DNA of 64,000 nucleotides from a virus (IMGVR_UViG_3300042892_003674); one strand, 5' to 3'; positions 8,612-18,554 are shown, counted from the first letter of the stretch. Translations and numbers: made by a program. The notes: generated by a model from the sequence alone, not told the origin.

Positions 8612-10231
8612 ATGAAATATATTAAAACATACGAAGGTTTATTCAACTTCTTTAAAAAGAAGGAAACTGATCCCAAAAAGATTGAGATTATAAAACTATG
8701 TAAAGAATATAACATTACTAAATATACTATCAATGATGATTATTCTATTGATGTAGATGGTCACGTGGATTTAGCTAATAAAAACCTGACAAAAATTCCT
8801 ATTAGGTTTAACAAAGTTACTGGTTATTTTAGTTGTGTCGGCAATCAGTTAGTTGATTTAGAAAATGCACCAAGACGGGTTGAAAGAAACTTTATGTGTC
8901 AACACCAGTATCAAGGTTCATTTATATCTTTAAAAGGTGCACCTGATTATGTTGGGTTTAGATTTGACTTTAATGATAATGAGAACTTGAAAGATTTTAC
9001 GGATTTTCCAACTTATGTAGGAGCAACAATAGACGCTAAATCAACTGGATTATACTCATTTGATTGTATTCCGGTATCTGTTACTAAGGTTATTATTGAC
9101 GAAGATACTCCATTATTCGTGATATTACGTTGTGTTTCGAGTCCTATTTTTCCTATTTTACAGAGAAATGGCTGGAGAGAAATATTTATAGATACTAATG
9201 GTAAATCTTCTGAGGCAATAGAAACATTTAAAGCTTATGATCCAATACACCCACCTAAAAATGAAGGTGATAAACCTATTTTATATATGGATAGATTTAG
9301 AATGCTTTTAGTAGAAGTAGAAAAGAAGTCAATGTCTAATTTACTTTATTCAAAAGATAGTGATACTTATAGAATGCTTGAAAAACATTATGATATAAGA
9401 AATAATGAATATAAAATAGAAGAAGGATTATTTGATTATTTCAGTAAAGAAAGTAAAGATAAACGTAGTAAGACTAAACAGATTAAAGAAGGTCTTATTA
9501 AGCTAATAAATGAAAATAAGTTAAGAATTGATAATAACTGGTCTCGTACTTTAATCCCTATCAGTGGTAAGGGAAATACACAACTTAATACAAATGATGG
9601 TAAAATTTGGATAAACATAAATGATGATTTTACAGTAGATGTTGCAGGTAATGTTGGTATGCGTTTTGGTTATGACAAAGATTTACCTTGTAAGTTTAAT
9701 AGAATAAATGGTAATTTCTTTATTGAGTTAAGCTTTTCTATCGATGATTTTATTGATAAATTTCCTGAAACGGTTGAGGGTAAATTAAGTATAACTAACT
9801 GTGGTTTAGATTCATTAAAAAAAATACCAACTAAATATGTTGGTAAAGATTTTGTTTGTAATTCTAATAATTTACAAACATTTGAAGGTTTACCAGAACA
9901 TATTGTAGGTGATATTGATGCTGATTCAAATGACATTTACACTTGTGAATTTTTAGAAAATTTTGAAGGTGGTGTAAGCTTATATCTTAATCCTATCCAA
10001 TATGTACAATTTAGTACTGGTAATTTTGTGCAGACATTACAAGAGGTGCTTACTAGTAATTCTGAAAGTGACATACCTGATCTTTTTAAATCTTGTGATC
10101 CAATTCATCCACCTTTAAAGAAAGGTGGGAAACCTATTCTTTATATTAATAGAATGGAAGCGTTTGCTAGTGAGTTAGATATAGAATTTCAGCTAAGAGA
10201 TAGTATTAAACAATATTATGATGTGAGATAA
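8612..10231 (+). CDS. Tandem two-unit LRR-like solenoid protein with N-terminal MKYIKTYE motif
   Basis: Repeats such as L.SL.GAP..V..DF.C..N.L; the two halves share INDD.(S/T).DV.G.V and DPIHPP...KPILY..R...YD.R. Confidence 0.7.
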   Translation: MKYIKTYEGLFNFFKKKETDPKKIEIIKLCKEYNITKYTINDDYSIDVDGHVDLANKNLTKIPIRFNKVTGYFSCVGNQLVDLENAPRRVERNFMCQHQYQGSFISLKGAPDYVGFRFDFNDNENLKDFTDFPTYVGATIDAKSTGLYSFDCIPVSVTKVIIDEDTPLFVILRCVSSPIFPILQRNGWREIFIDTNGKSSEAIETFKAYDPIHPPKNEGDKPILYMDRFRMLLVEVEKKSMSNLLYSKDSDTYRMLEKHYDIRNNEYKIEEGLFDYFSKESKDKRSKTKQIKEGLIKLINENKLRIDNNWSRTLIPISGKGNTQLNTNDGKIWININDDFTVDVAGNVGMRFGYDKDLPCKFNRINGNFFIELSFSIDDFIDKFPETVEGKLSITNCGLDSLKKIPTKYVGKDFVCNSNNLQTFEGLPEHIVGDIDADSNDIYTCEFLENFEGGVSLYLNPIQYVQFSTGNFVQTLQEVLTSNSESDIPDLFKSCDPIHPPLKKGGKPILYINRMEAFASELDIEFQLRDSIKQYYDVR

Positions 10232-10723
10232 TTATAGTAATACATCTAACGCTTTTTCAACCTCAACAAATCCTACTTGTGGGTTTACTTTAATAATCTT
10301 CCAATTTGGAAATATGTTTATTATATCAGAAACTTGATCATCAATAATAATAAATTTTCTAATTGGATTTTTGTCTAACCAATCTTGAATTTCTAAACCT
10401 CTATTACCAATTGGAATTGGACTACCTGCTTTAAGATGTCCTAATCCAGTTTTACCAATAACTTCACCAATCACACCTCTATCTCTAAAGATTTTTTGAA
10501 GTTCTTCTAAAGATAAATGTATTCTCCAGTTTGAGGTAATAACAATCTTTGCACCAGTTAAGTAAATAACTTCATTTAAGTTATCAACTAACTCTTTGCT
10601 AAATAAACGAGTTGTACCGTGGTATACAGGTTCATTGATTTTTTTGGACCATTCCAAATCACTTTTGTGAGTTCTTAGAACTCCGTCTATATCTAAAAAG
10701 ATTATTTTTTTATTGAAGATCAT
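10232..10723 (-). CDS. HAD-superfamily phosphatase (Swiss Army Knife RNA-repair type)
   Basis: FLDIDGV, IVITSNWR, RGLEI..WL, IIDD. Confidence 0.8.
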   Translation of the reverse strand: MIFNKKIIFLDIDGVLRTHKSDLEWSKKINEPVYHGTTRLFSKELVDNLNEVIYLTGAKIVITSNWRIHLSLEELQKIFRDRGVIGEVIGKTGLGHLKAGSPIPIGNRGLEIQDWLDKNPIRKFIIIDDQVSDIINIFPNWKIIKVNPQVGFVEVEKALDVLL

Positions 10724-10734
10724 ATTATTTTTTA

Positions 10735-10742
10735 CAAAGATA
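10735..10742 (-). promoter_or_regulatory. Bacteroidota -7 promoter element
   Basis: TATCTTTG 11 nt upstream of the HAD gene start. Confidence 0.65.
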
Positions 10743-10794
10743 TGAAAAAGTATGATAATATTTAATATATAGTATAATAAAAATAAAATATTAC

Positions 10795-11955
10795 ATGAGA
10801 AATCTGTATAAATTCATAGATTTTATAAAAGAAGAACTTAGAATTGATAAAATGAATTCTGAGGATTTAGAAAGAATAAAGATTGATTTATTAAAAAGAG
10901 TTGATGAATACAAAGTTTTCATATTAAATAATATCGAATACGATCTTAAAAATAATAAAATTGTTTATAAAGGATTTGAAGAAATAAATGTTGATTTAAT
11001 AATAACTGAATTAAATAATGAATTTACCGCGGAAGTTATACAAGATTTAAACATTGAAACACTACTACAAAAAGTAAATCAACTTTTACAACTAAGAAGA
11101 AGAAATACTAAAAAGAATATCAGAAAACAATTCGATGAATTTGCTAAAACAATAGATCATAGAATATCTGTTATTAAAACTGGTGAAGAAGCTCAACACT
11201 TTGACGAATTTGAAGGAGAAAGTTCTATTATTAAAAGAAAAGAATTTGAGTCAGAAAAATATCATATACAAGTAGAACTTTTGAAACTTCAAGAATGGGT
11301 AATAGCTAATAAAAAAAGAGTTGCTATAGTTTTTGAAGGTAGAGATTCTGCTGGAAAAGGATCAACAATCAAAAGATTTATTGAGTATCTCAATCCAAAA
11401 GGTTTTAGAGTAGTTGCTTTAGGTGTTCCAACACCAGAAGAAAAAGAAAATTGGTTCGCAAGATATGAAGCTCAAATGCCAAAAGAAGGAGAAATAGTTT
11501 TCTTTGATAGATCTTGGTATAACAGAGCAGTTGTAGAACCTGCAATGGGTTATTGCACAGAAGAGCAATATCAAGATTTTATGAATAATGTTGTTAAGTG
11601 GGAAGAAAAGATGATAAGAAGACAAGAACTTTATTTAGTAAAATTGTGGTTCTCGATAACAAAAGAAAAACAATTGAAACGTTTTGATCTAAGACAACAA
11701 AGTCCTTTAAAATACTGGAAGTTCTCTCCTAATGATGCAAAGGTTGTAGATAAATGGGATATAATAGGGAAATACAAAAATCAGATGTTTAATGTTACTT
11801 CAAGTAGAAAATCTCCTTGGGTAATAATAAACTCTAATGATAAGAAGATAGGAATGCTTAACGCAATGAGATACGTACTTTCTGAAATACCTTATGATGG
11901 TAAAAATAGAAAAATAAGTGAATACTATCCAGAAGTGGTAAGTGTATTAAAATAA
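10795..11955 (+). CDS. ppk2: Polyphosphate kinase 2 with ~140 aa N-terminal extension
   Basis: FEGRDSAGKGSTIKR, FDRSWYNRAVVE.AMG.C, PLKYWKFSP.D, SPWVII.SNDKK. Confidence 0.92.
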   Translation: MRNLYKFIDFIKEELRIDKMNSEDLERIKIDLLKRVDEYKVFILNNIEYDLKNNKIVYKGFEEINVDLIITELNNEFTAEVIQDLNIETLLQKVNQLLQLRRRNTKKNIRKQFDEFAKTIDHRISVIKTGEEAQHFDEFEGESSIIKRKEFESEKYHIQVELLKLQEWVIANKKRVAIVFEGRDSAGKGSTIKRFIEYLNPKGFRVVALGVPTPEEKENWFARYEAQMPKEGEIVFFDRSWYNRAVVEPAMGYCTEEQYQDFMNNVVKWEEKMIRRQELYLVKLWFSITKEKQLKRFDLRQQSPLKYWKFSPNDAKVVDKWDIIGKYKNQMFNVTSSRKSPWVIINSNDKKIGMLNAMRYVLSEIPYDGKNRKISEYYPEVVSVLK

Positions 11956-11980
11956 AAAACTCTTTAAAAAAGAGTTTTTT
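11954..11980. terminator. Bidirectional terminator
   Basis: AAAAAACTCTTT-AAA-AAAGAGTTTTTT. Confidence 0.6.
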
Positions 11981-11985
11981 ATTTT

Positions 11986-12264
11986 TTAGTAATCATCATT
12001 ATCATCAAAAGAGTCGTCTCCCCAACCTTCATCATCCCAATTGTCGTCTGAACCACGATCTAAATCTTCAAATACATCATTTTCTTCAAGAAGTTCTGCT
12101 AATTCATCAATTTCATTTTCATCTAAATCAATATCTTCTATTTTTAAAATGTCCCCGTTAAGATCATATTCAATCTTTCCTTCATCTTTAAGTTCATTAA
12201 GTTTAGATAGAACTAATTTTCTATCAATACATTCGTCTAAGTTATAATACTCAAATAATTCCAT
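11986..12264 (-). CDS. Small highly acidic protein
   Basis: 92 aa, D/E-rich. Confidence 0.65.
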   Translation of the reverse strand: MELFEYYNLDECIDRKLVLSKLNELKDEGKIEYDLNGDILKIEDIDLDENEIDELAELLEENDVFEDLDRGSDDNWDDEGWGDDSFDDNDDY

Positions 12265-12269
12265 AGTTT

Positions 12270-13013
12270 TTATTTATTTTTTAAAATTTTTGTAATCTCA
12301 GTTTCCGGTAACCTCGGTAAATCTTTATCTGCGGAGTACTTTGTAGCTATCCAAAACTTCTCTCCATCTTCCATATAAGTTACATCCATAAAATCACCAT
12401 CAACCTTAACTTTTAGTGTAGTTTCAGTAATTTGTAATGGAATAATATCTGCTTTTGGATCAGAATTGTAATTTTCAATCTTTCTAACAAAGTTCCAATT
12501 ATCTTTCTTATAAAATTCTTGGGCTAAAAGTTGTAAAAATTTAGATTTTTTTTTCATCACTTCATTCTTTCTTACACCGAATACATCTTTATAATTGAAT
12601 CCTAAGGTAACGTGAAAGTCTATTTCATTAAGATCATATCTTTTTCTAACTGCTTCAAGTTTATCTGAATTACAAACAATAAAGAAAGCTCTATTCTCAT
12701 TACGAGTAGCTGTACCAATACCCATAAACTTTAAATCGTCTATTGGGTATTTAAAAATAATATCTAAAGAAGAAACAAATTTATCAATTCCTACTTCTTT
12801 ACATATTTTATTATAATCTGTAACATTTATTACCGTGATATGGTATTCACCACTATCTCTTGTTTGTTGATTCTCAGTAAATACATTGTAATCTTCTTCA
12901 CCTAATACCTCTTTTAACTCATTTAGGTACAATTGTAGAGACTCATTTGGTATTTTGATACCAAGATAGTTGTTACCGATTACGTCTTTTAAATGTGTTA
13001 TATAGTATGTCAT
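12270..13013 (-). CDS. 2H phosphoesterase (Swiss Army Knife type)
   Basis: YHITVI and FHVTLGF...DVFGV.K motifs. Confidence 0.8.
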   Translation of the reverse strand: MTYYITHLKDVIGNNYLGIKIPNESLQLYLNELKEVLGEEDYNVFTENQQTRDSGEYHITVINVTDYNKICKEVGIDKFVSSLDIIFKYPIDDLKFMGIGTATRNENRAFFIVCNSDKLEAVRKRYDLNEIDFHVTLGFNYKDVFGVRKNEVMKKKSKFLQLLAQEFYKKDNWNFVRKIENYNSDPKADIIPLQITETTLKVKVDGDFMDVTYMEDGEKFWIATKYSADKDLPRLPETEITKILKNK

Positions 13014-13420
13014 GGTTTAATTGTATTTATAATCTCTTTTACATATTCTTTCTTATAAGCAACTGGTAGTCGACCTGGTTTAAAAGATGGATGTGCTCCT
13101 TCTGGAACTTCCCAGTCTAAATTATCTTCTAAAATAGGTACATAAAATTCAAACTTAGATAAGTTTTGACCTCTTTCACCACCAAATCTTTTAGTTTCTA
13201 ATGCTACTGATTTGTTAGTACCAACCTCAGTTCTAAGTTTACTATAAAAATCATGAACTGGGCCTAACTTCATATTCTCACATGCTTTTATTAGATCAAT
13301 AGTAGCAACTTTGGTCATTTTATAATTACCATAAGTAGGAGAAGTAACTTCAATTGTTTTTTCAAAGTCACCTACTTCTATGTAATCATTATACATATCT
13401 CTAAATCTTCTTATTGCCAT
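13010..13420 (-). CDS. Hypothetical protein
   Basis: 136 aa ORF, coupled to its neighbours. Confidence 0.6.
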   Translation of the reverse strand: MAIRRFRDMYNDYIEVGDFEKTIEVTSPTYGNYKMTKVATIDLIKACENMKLGPVHDFYSKLRTEVGTNKSVALETKRFGGERGQNLSKFEFYVPILEDNLDWEVPEGAHPSFKPGRLPVAYKKEYVKEIINTIKP

Positions 13421-14598
13421 TATAATAGTTTCTTAAAGTTTTCTATTTCTAACCTTTTTATTTCTAGTCCTAATTGTACACCAGTAATACCTTTTGCCAT
13501 CAATTCTTCCGCAGAAGTACTTGGTTTGTATTCTAAGAACTTAATCTTAACAGGATCATTTATCGAACTAACTTTTATCCATTCTAATATAGTTGTATCA
13601 GTGATAAAACATTGTTCTTTCTTTTTGAACATTTCAAATGCAGTCTCTGGTGTCAAAGTGTTGAAAGATAATAAGAAAATTACTTTCTTAGCTATATCAC
13701 CTTCTATTTTGTATCCTTGTACTAATTTATCTTCTAATCTGTTTAAAGGTTCGTTTTTAAATAAGTTAGCAATTACTACAACAAAGTCAGAAGATTTTAC
13801 GAAGTCAGTGTTTATGTTAGCACCAGGAAAAACTTGGTCCCACATATCAAACTTAGTAAAGAAGTTCAAGTAGTAGTTGAAATCTTTAGCTTGTTTCCAA
13901 GCTTTCTTAATTTCTTCCCAAACTCTTTCTTGAGAAATTCTTTTCATTTCACCAGTTTCTAGGTCAATGTTTTCTAATTGTTTTCTTTTCGCAATCGCTG
14001 CTTCAGTATCTTTATGTAATGGGTGTTCGTATCTTGAAGCAAATCTAAATGCTCTCAAAATTCTTAAACTATCTTCGTCAAATCTTTCAATAGGATCACC
14101 TACCATTCTTGTTATACCAGCTTCTAAGTCGCCTTTACCGCCAACTAAATCAACTATTTCTCTTTTATCAAGATCGTAGAATAAAGAGTTGTATGTTAAG
14201 TCTCTTCGTTTAACATCATCTTCAATTGTTACTCCTAATTTAACTTCTGGGTTTCTACCTTTAGAAACATCTTCTCTAAAAGTTGCGATTTCCATTCCTT
14301 CTGGAACTTCTTTAGTGAAAACAACTACAACACCGAATGCTTTACCTTGTAAGTTAGTTCTGTATGTTTTGCCAACAATGTCAATAACTTCATCAGGAAG
14401 TGCGTCGGTTGCTAAGTCAAAGTCTTTTGGTTTATCTCCAGTTAAAAAATCACGTACTGATCCACCAACAAGGTAAAGTTTTTTACCGTGTTCTTTAAAT
14501 AGTTCGTTAAGGTCTTTTACTGATTGTGGAATTATATCCCACATATCTTTTGGTTGTATTGATTCCAAGAATTTATTATATTTAGTAATTAGTTTCAC
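13420..14598 (-). CDS. cca: CCA-adding tRNA nucleotidyltransferase / poly(A) polymerase family
   Basis: VGGSVRD, KDFDLAT, EIATFR, D..RRDLT.N, RFDEDSLRILRAFRFA; GTG start followed by the MKLITKYNKFLES motif. Confidence 0.88.
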   Translation of the reverse strand: MKLITKYNKFLESIQPKDMWDIIPQSVKDLNELFKEHGKKLYLVGGSVRDFLTGDKPKDFDLATDALPDEVIDIVGKTYRTNLQGKAFGVVVVFTKEVPEGMEIATFREDVSKGRNPEVKLGVTIEDDVKRRDLTYNSLFYDLDKREIVDLVGGKGDLEAGITRMVGDPIERFDEDSLRILRAFRFASRYEHPLHKDTEAAIAKRKQLENIDLETGEMKRISQERVWEEIKKAWKQAKDFNYYLNFFTKFDMWDQVFPGANINTDFVKSSDFVVVIANLFKNEPLNRLEDKLVQGYKIEGDIAKKVIFLLSFNTLTPETAFEMFKKKEQCFITDTTILEWIKVSSINDPVKIKFLEYKPSTSAEELMAKGITGVQLGLEIKRLEIENFKKLL

Positions 14599-14613
14599 AA
14601 AGATACATTATTT

Positions 14614-15396
14614 TTATTCACTCCAGAATTTATTTGGTGATATTCTGCCAATATAATCTGCGAAGTCGTGCATAGAAAGTCCACATTCTGATGAAACTCC
14701 TGGCTCAGCAAGTATTACACTTGATAAAATTCTATACATTGTTTTATATTTTTCCACAAACCAATCTGGAACAGGATACTCAATAGAACTGTCTGAAAAG
14801 AATTTCTTTAGAAGTATTTTTATTCTACCTGCACTAGGTCTATCTGCTACTTTAATATTTATATAACTTGGAAATTGTCCATCATTATAATAAAAGTTAT
14901 GATTATGTATTTCAAAATCATTAGGTTCTAACTTGAAATCTATTCTTAAAGTATTTGTTTGAAATCCGTGTGCAGTAAAGTAATCCGGTTCTAATTCCTC
15001 TTTCATTCTATATAATTGTTCCTCTGTTTTAGGAATCAACCACATTTCTAAATAAATTTCTGCTTCTATTTCCCAATCATCACCTTGATCACCTCTTACT
15101 AATTTGGCAGTATCGTCTCTATAAGAATCTAACCAAGGGTAAAAACAAAAGTAGAACTCTTCTTCTTTATTAGTCTCTAATGATTTATTTTCTATAGTAA
15201 CTTTAATAGTTCCATATTTAGAATAAGTTTCAACTTGTTTTTTCCAAGCTTCAATCTCTTCTCTTAATAAAGATTTTTCATGATGTTGCATTAGTTTACC
15301 TGCTCTCTTAGTATGTCCTAATTTAGTAAACTTATCTGCGGCAGACTTATACGTTGAAGATTTAAGCTCTTCATTATATCTATTTAAGTATTTCAT
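14614..15396 (-). CDS. Hypothetical protein with N-terminal MKYLNRYNEE motif
   Basis: Likely start is ATG 15396, after TTTTATATATA. Confidence 0.7.
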   Translation of the reverse strand: MKYLNRYNEELKSSTYKSAADKFTKLGHTKRAGKLMQHHEKSLLREEIEAWKKQVETYSKYGTIKVTIENKSLETNKEEEFYFCFYPWLDSYRDDTAKLVRGDQGDDWEIEAEIYLEMWLIPKTEEQLYRMKEELEPDYFTAHGFQTNTLRIDFKLEPNDFEIHNHNFYYNDGQFPSYINIKVADRPSAGRIKILLKKFFSDSSIEYPVPDWFVEKYKTMYRILSSVILAEPGVSSECGLSMHDFADYIGRISPNKFWSE

Positions 15397-15429
15397 ATTT
15401 CGTATATATAAAAAATAATATATAGATTT

Positions 15430-15684
15430 ATGAGATACATAAAAGTTTTTGAGGATTTTAAGAAGAACAATCAAGAAGGTTCTTTAATTACAATTGAAGA
15501 TGTAGTTAAATGTATTAAGTCTGGTGGTGTAATTTATGCCACTATTATAAAGGATTTTGCCGAGAATGATCCTAAAGCTGCTTTAAGACCAGTAAATGTA
15601 GATAATGATGGTGAAGTAACCGTTGAGTTTGAAGGTAAAGAGTATGAGGTAAATCTAAGAAATATAGAGTCTATTGATTTTTAA
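15430..15684 (+). CDS. Small protein with MRYIKVFEDF motif
   Basis: Preceded by TAATATATA. Confidence 0.7.
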   Translation: MRYIKVFEDFKKNNQEGSLITIEDVVKCIKSGGVIYATIIKDFAENDPKAALRPVNVDNDGEVTVEFEGKEYEVNLRNIESIDF

Positions 15685-16142
15685 AACAATAGACTCTTTA
15701 GTTTAACATCCCTACTAAATGATTTTATATCATCTATATAAGTACATTCATACTTATCTAAAATTTCACTATAACAAGTCCATCTATCTTTTCTTTTTGA
15801 CCAAAAGGAAACCAATGGATCATCTGATCTACCAACTGGTACATACAAGTCTTTATTATTCGCTAAACAATAATCGACTAGATCTTCTATTTTAGAAGGA
15901 TCATTTATAAAGATGTCTAAGTGATAAACCATTACACAGTCTTGATCAATTTTAGAATAATCAAAATTCTCTGGTTTATTTATACCCCATTTTCTCATAC
16001 CAAGATTTTCTGGTAATTTATACTTATACAAAAGTAAAGTACTTAAATTATTCTTATTAAGAAGTCCATATATTGTAAGAAGATCTTTTCTTTCTTGGTA
16101 TTTACCTTCCCACGCGAACTTATCATCTATTCTATAAATCAT
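15681..16142 (-). CDS. Hypothetical protein with C-terminal tag (SRDVKLKSLL)
   Basis: 153 aa ORF. Confidence 0.65.
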   Translation of the reverse strand: MIYRIDDKFAWEGKYQERKDLLTIYGLLNKNNLSTLLLYKYKLPENLGMRKWGINKPENFDYSKIDQDCVMVYHLDIFINDPSKIEDLVDYCLANNKDLYVPVGRSDDPLVSFWSKRKDRWTCYSEILDKYECTYIDDIKSFSRDVKLKSLLF

Positions 16143-16143
16143 A

Positions 16144-16701
16144 TTACTTTAAATAAGACATTATCTTTTGTTTTATACCCATTTGCTTGATTCCCTCATT
16201 TTGTCGCTTTGTATGAACAAAATTGGTTAAACCATCAGACATATTCAAATCATCAACTGCTACCCAATGAGTAACCTCTGGGTGCAAAGCCAACCATTTT
16301 TTGATTTCTATTGAACGTTCATCTTCATAACCTTTCTTACCATTCGCTTCAAGAAATTTAAAGTCTTCTACTTCAAGAGTTGGTGTATAGTCGATTGGTC
16401 CTTTGATAACACCATATTTATCAAAAAGATCTTTCATTTCTGTTAAAGTACAATCAAAACGCCAATCAGAGGATACAACGATTTCAGCACCAGTCTCTAA
16501 TAAGATTTCATTTAAAACACGAACTGCTTTATCATTGAAATCATCGAAACGGTATTCAACATCCATTGTGTTTAAATCACAATCATACATAACAGCTTTC
16601 TCTGGATACGTTCTGTTCCAAAGTAGTTGTTTCTTACGTCGACCGCCCCATTCAGTTGCGAGACACATAACACCATCATGATCTAAAAATATTACCTTCA
16701 T
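16144..16701 (-). CDS. HAD-superfamily phosphatase (Swiss Army Knife RNA-repair type)
   Basis: FLDHDGV, IVVSSDWR, RSIEI..WL, WVAVDD; TATATTTG promoter at 16707-16714, near-leaderless. Confidence 0.8.
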   Translation of the reverse strand: MKVIFLDHDGVMCLATEWGGRRKKQLLWNRTYPEKAVMYDCDLNTMDVEYRFDDFNDKAVRVLNEILLETGAEIVVSSDWRFDCTLTEMKDLFDKYGVIKGPIDYTPTLEVEDFKFLEANGKKGYEDERSIEIKKWLALHPEVTHWVAVDDLNMSDGLTNFVHTKRQNEGIKQMGIKQKIMSYLK

Positions 16702-16763
16702 AGCTACAAATATACGACTTTTAATTATATATATTTAATATATAACAAAAAAGTATTTTCTTA

Positions 16764-17288
16764 ATGAAACATTTAAAACAATTTGAAAACTGGACTACGA
16801 CTACTACTGAACCAAGTAAAGAAGTTGATGTTCAATATACTAGTAAAGATAAGATTACTTATGGTATCCACGATATAAACATATCAAGAAAAGGTATTAG
16901 AACAAAAGTAAAGGCAAAGTTTGATTCAGGTGCTCGTTCATCTAGTATTGACTTTAAAGTTGCTAAAAGATTAGGTATATCAGACGAGTTCTTAAAAACT
17001 TCTAAAGAGTTAGATTCAGTTGATTTAGCTAAATATACAAAAGATCCTAGAAACATATCTTTATCAGAACAAGGTAGAATTGAAAGAGGTTTTTACAAAG
17101 ATTTAAAAACACAATTTCCAGAACTATCAGATGTTAAGTTAGTTAAATCATCTTCTGGATTCTCAGTTAGAATGGTTATTAGAATTGATATAGAGTATAG
17201 TGGTAAAGTTATATCAACTGATGCAAATCTTCGTGATAGAACAGGATTGGCATGTGAAATGCTAGTTGGATTAAAAGATATGTTATAA
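16764..17288 (+). CDS. Retropepsin-like (RimK-associated 'ATP-dependent Zn protease') aspartic protease with MKHLKQFE motif
   Basis: AKFDSGARSSSID, VKSSSG...R, L.DRT.L...MLVG. Confidence 0.7.
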   Translation: MKHLKQFENWTTTTTEPSKEVDVQYTSKDKITYGIHDINISRKGIRTKVKAKFDSGARSSSIDFKVAKRLGISDEFLKTSKELDSVDLAKYTKDPRNISLSEQGRIERGFYKDLKTQFPELSDVKLVKSSSGFSVRMVIRIDIEYSGKVISTDANLRDRTGLACEMLVGLKDML

Positions 17289-17740
17289 TGAAGTATATAA
17301 AAATATTTGAAGATTTTGAATCTAATGAAGATAAAATTGAAGACTTAATACAATTATGTCTTGTTGAACTAACAGATAATAATTTTAAAGTTGAAGTTTC
17401 AACACCAGAATTTCCAAGAGTATTCAAGTCCAGTGTAAAAGATATTCGTATTTCTAAAGAGAGTTGGGATATTGATAAGGATAGATTATTTGATTACAAT
17501 GATGTAAAAGACCATCTTATTACATTTATAAAACTATTGAGTAAAGATTATGAGATAGATCATGTTTTCTTTATGGGAGATTGGAAGAAAAAATCTTGGT
17601 TAGATAAAAAGATTGATAAACTTAAAGGTTCTGGACCTAGTGGTTCAAGAGAAAGAGAAGAAGTTAGTGTAGAAGATTTAATTTCAGATAAAACTAAGAT
17701 AAATTTTCAACTAATTTCTATTACAATTAAAATTAAATAG
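17288..17740 (+). CDS. Paralog-family protein with MKYIKIFEDFE motif
   Basis: Shares VKDH.I.FI.LLSKDY.ID with 18069..18512. Confidence 0.7.
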   Translation: MKYIKIFEDFESNEDKIEDLIQLCLVELTDNNFKVEVSTPEFPRVFKSSVKDIRISKESWDIDKDRLFDYNDVKDHLITFIKLLSKDYEIDHVFFMGDWKKKSWLDKKIDKLKGSGPSGSREREEVSVEDLISDKTKINFQLISITIKIK

Positions 17741-17742
17741 AT

Positions 17743-18069
17743 ATGAAACACATAAAAGTATTTGAAGAGTTTGGTGGTAGAGAAAAAGAAGTAGTATTTA
17801 CTGGTAAAAGAAACCCAAGATTAGTAATCAAAGTTCTTAAATCACCTGATGGTAGAATAATAGAAATTGAGAATGAAACTGGAATTAGATTTCCATTTTC
17901 GGTTGGACAAATCTTAAATAGAAACGCAGAAGTTTGGGCTTGTAATAATAATTTCTTAATGGATGGTAAAGATATGTGTCCAGAAGAGAAAGTATTTGGT
18001 ATTAGAAAAAAAGATATACCACAAGGACACGAATTAAGAATGATGTTTCCTGGAAAATTTAGAAAGTAA
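17743..18069 (+). CDS. Hypothetical protein with MKHIKVFEEF motif
   Basis: 108 aa ORF. Confidence 0.7.
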   Translation: MKHIKVFEEFGGREKEVVFTGKRNPRLVIKVLKSPDGRIIEIENETGIRFPFSVGQILNRNAEVWACNNNFLMDGKDMCPEEKVFGIRKKDIPQGHELRMMFPGKFRK

Positions 18070-18512
18070 TGAAGTTTTTAAGAAAATTTAATGAAGGTAA
18101 AGAACCAGATAAATCTGAAATTTCTGATTTAAGTAAAGATTACTTGGCTTATTTATTGGATGATGATTATACTTGTCATGTTGAGACTGGTTATGAATGG
18201 TCTCATACAACAGAAAAGATTACAAGTAAATTAGTCACTAAAATAATTTTTCTTAAATATAAGAATAATTCTAGCAAAACTGAAAAATTTTTATGGGATA
18301 ATGTTAAAGATCATTTTATATCATTTATACATTTATTGAGTAAAGATTACAATATAGATAATTTTGATTTTATGTGGGTAGGACTTCAAGAAGGAAGTAT
18401 TGTTCCAGTTTTAAGATCTAGTAAAAGATCATTACAACAAGTTTTAGATGATGATAATTGTGATTTTGCACCGTTAGAAAGAGTGACCGTAGTAATAAGT
18501 AAGAAAGAATAG
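18069..18512 (+). CDS. Paralog-family protein with MKFLRKFNE motif
   Basis: Paralog of 17288..17740. Confidence 0.7.
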   Translation: MKFLRKFNEGKEPDKSEISDLSKDYLAYLLDDDYTCHVETGYEWSHTTEKITSKLVTKIIFLKYKNNSSKTEKFLWDNVKDHFISFIHLLSKDYNIDNFDFMWVGLQEGSIVPVLRSSKRSLQQVLDDDNCDFAPLERVTVVISKKE

Positions 18513-18523
18513 TATTTTAAAAT

Positions 18524-18549
18524 AAAAAACCCAGTCATTGACTGGGTTT
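18524..18549. terminator. Bidirectional terminator
   Basis: AAACCCAGTC-ATT-GACTGGGTTT. Confidence 0.8.
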
Positions 18550-18554
18550 CTTTT

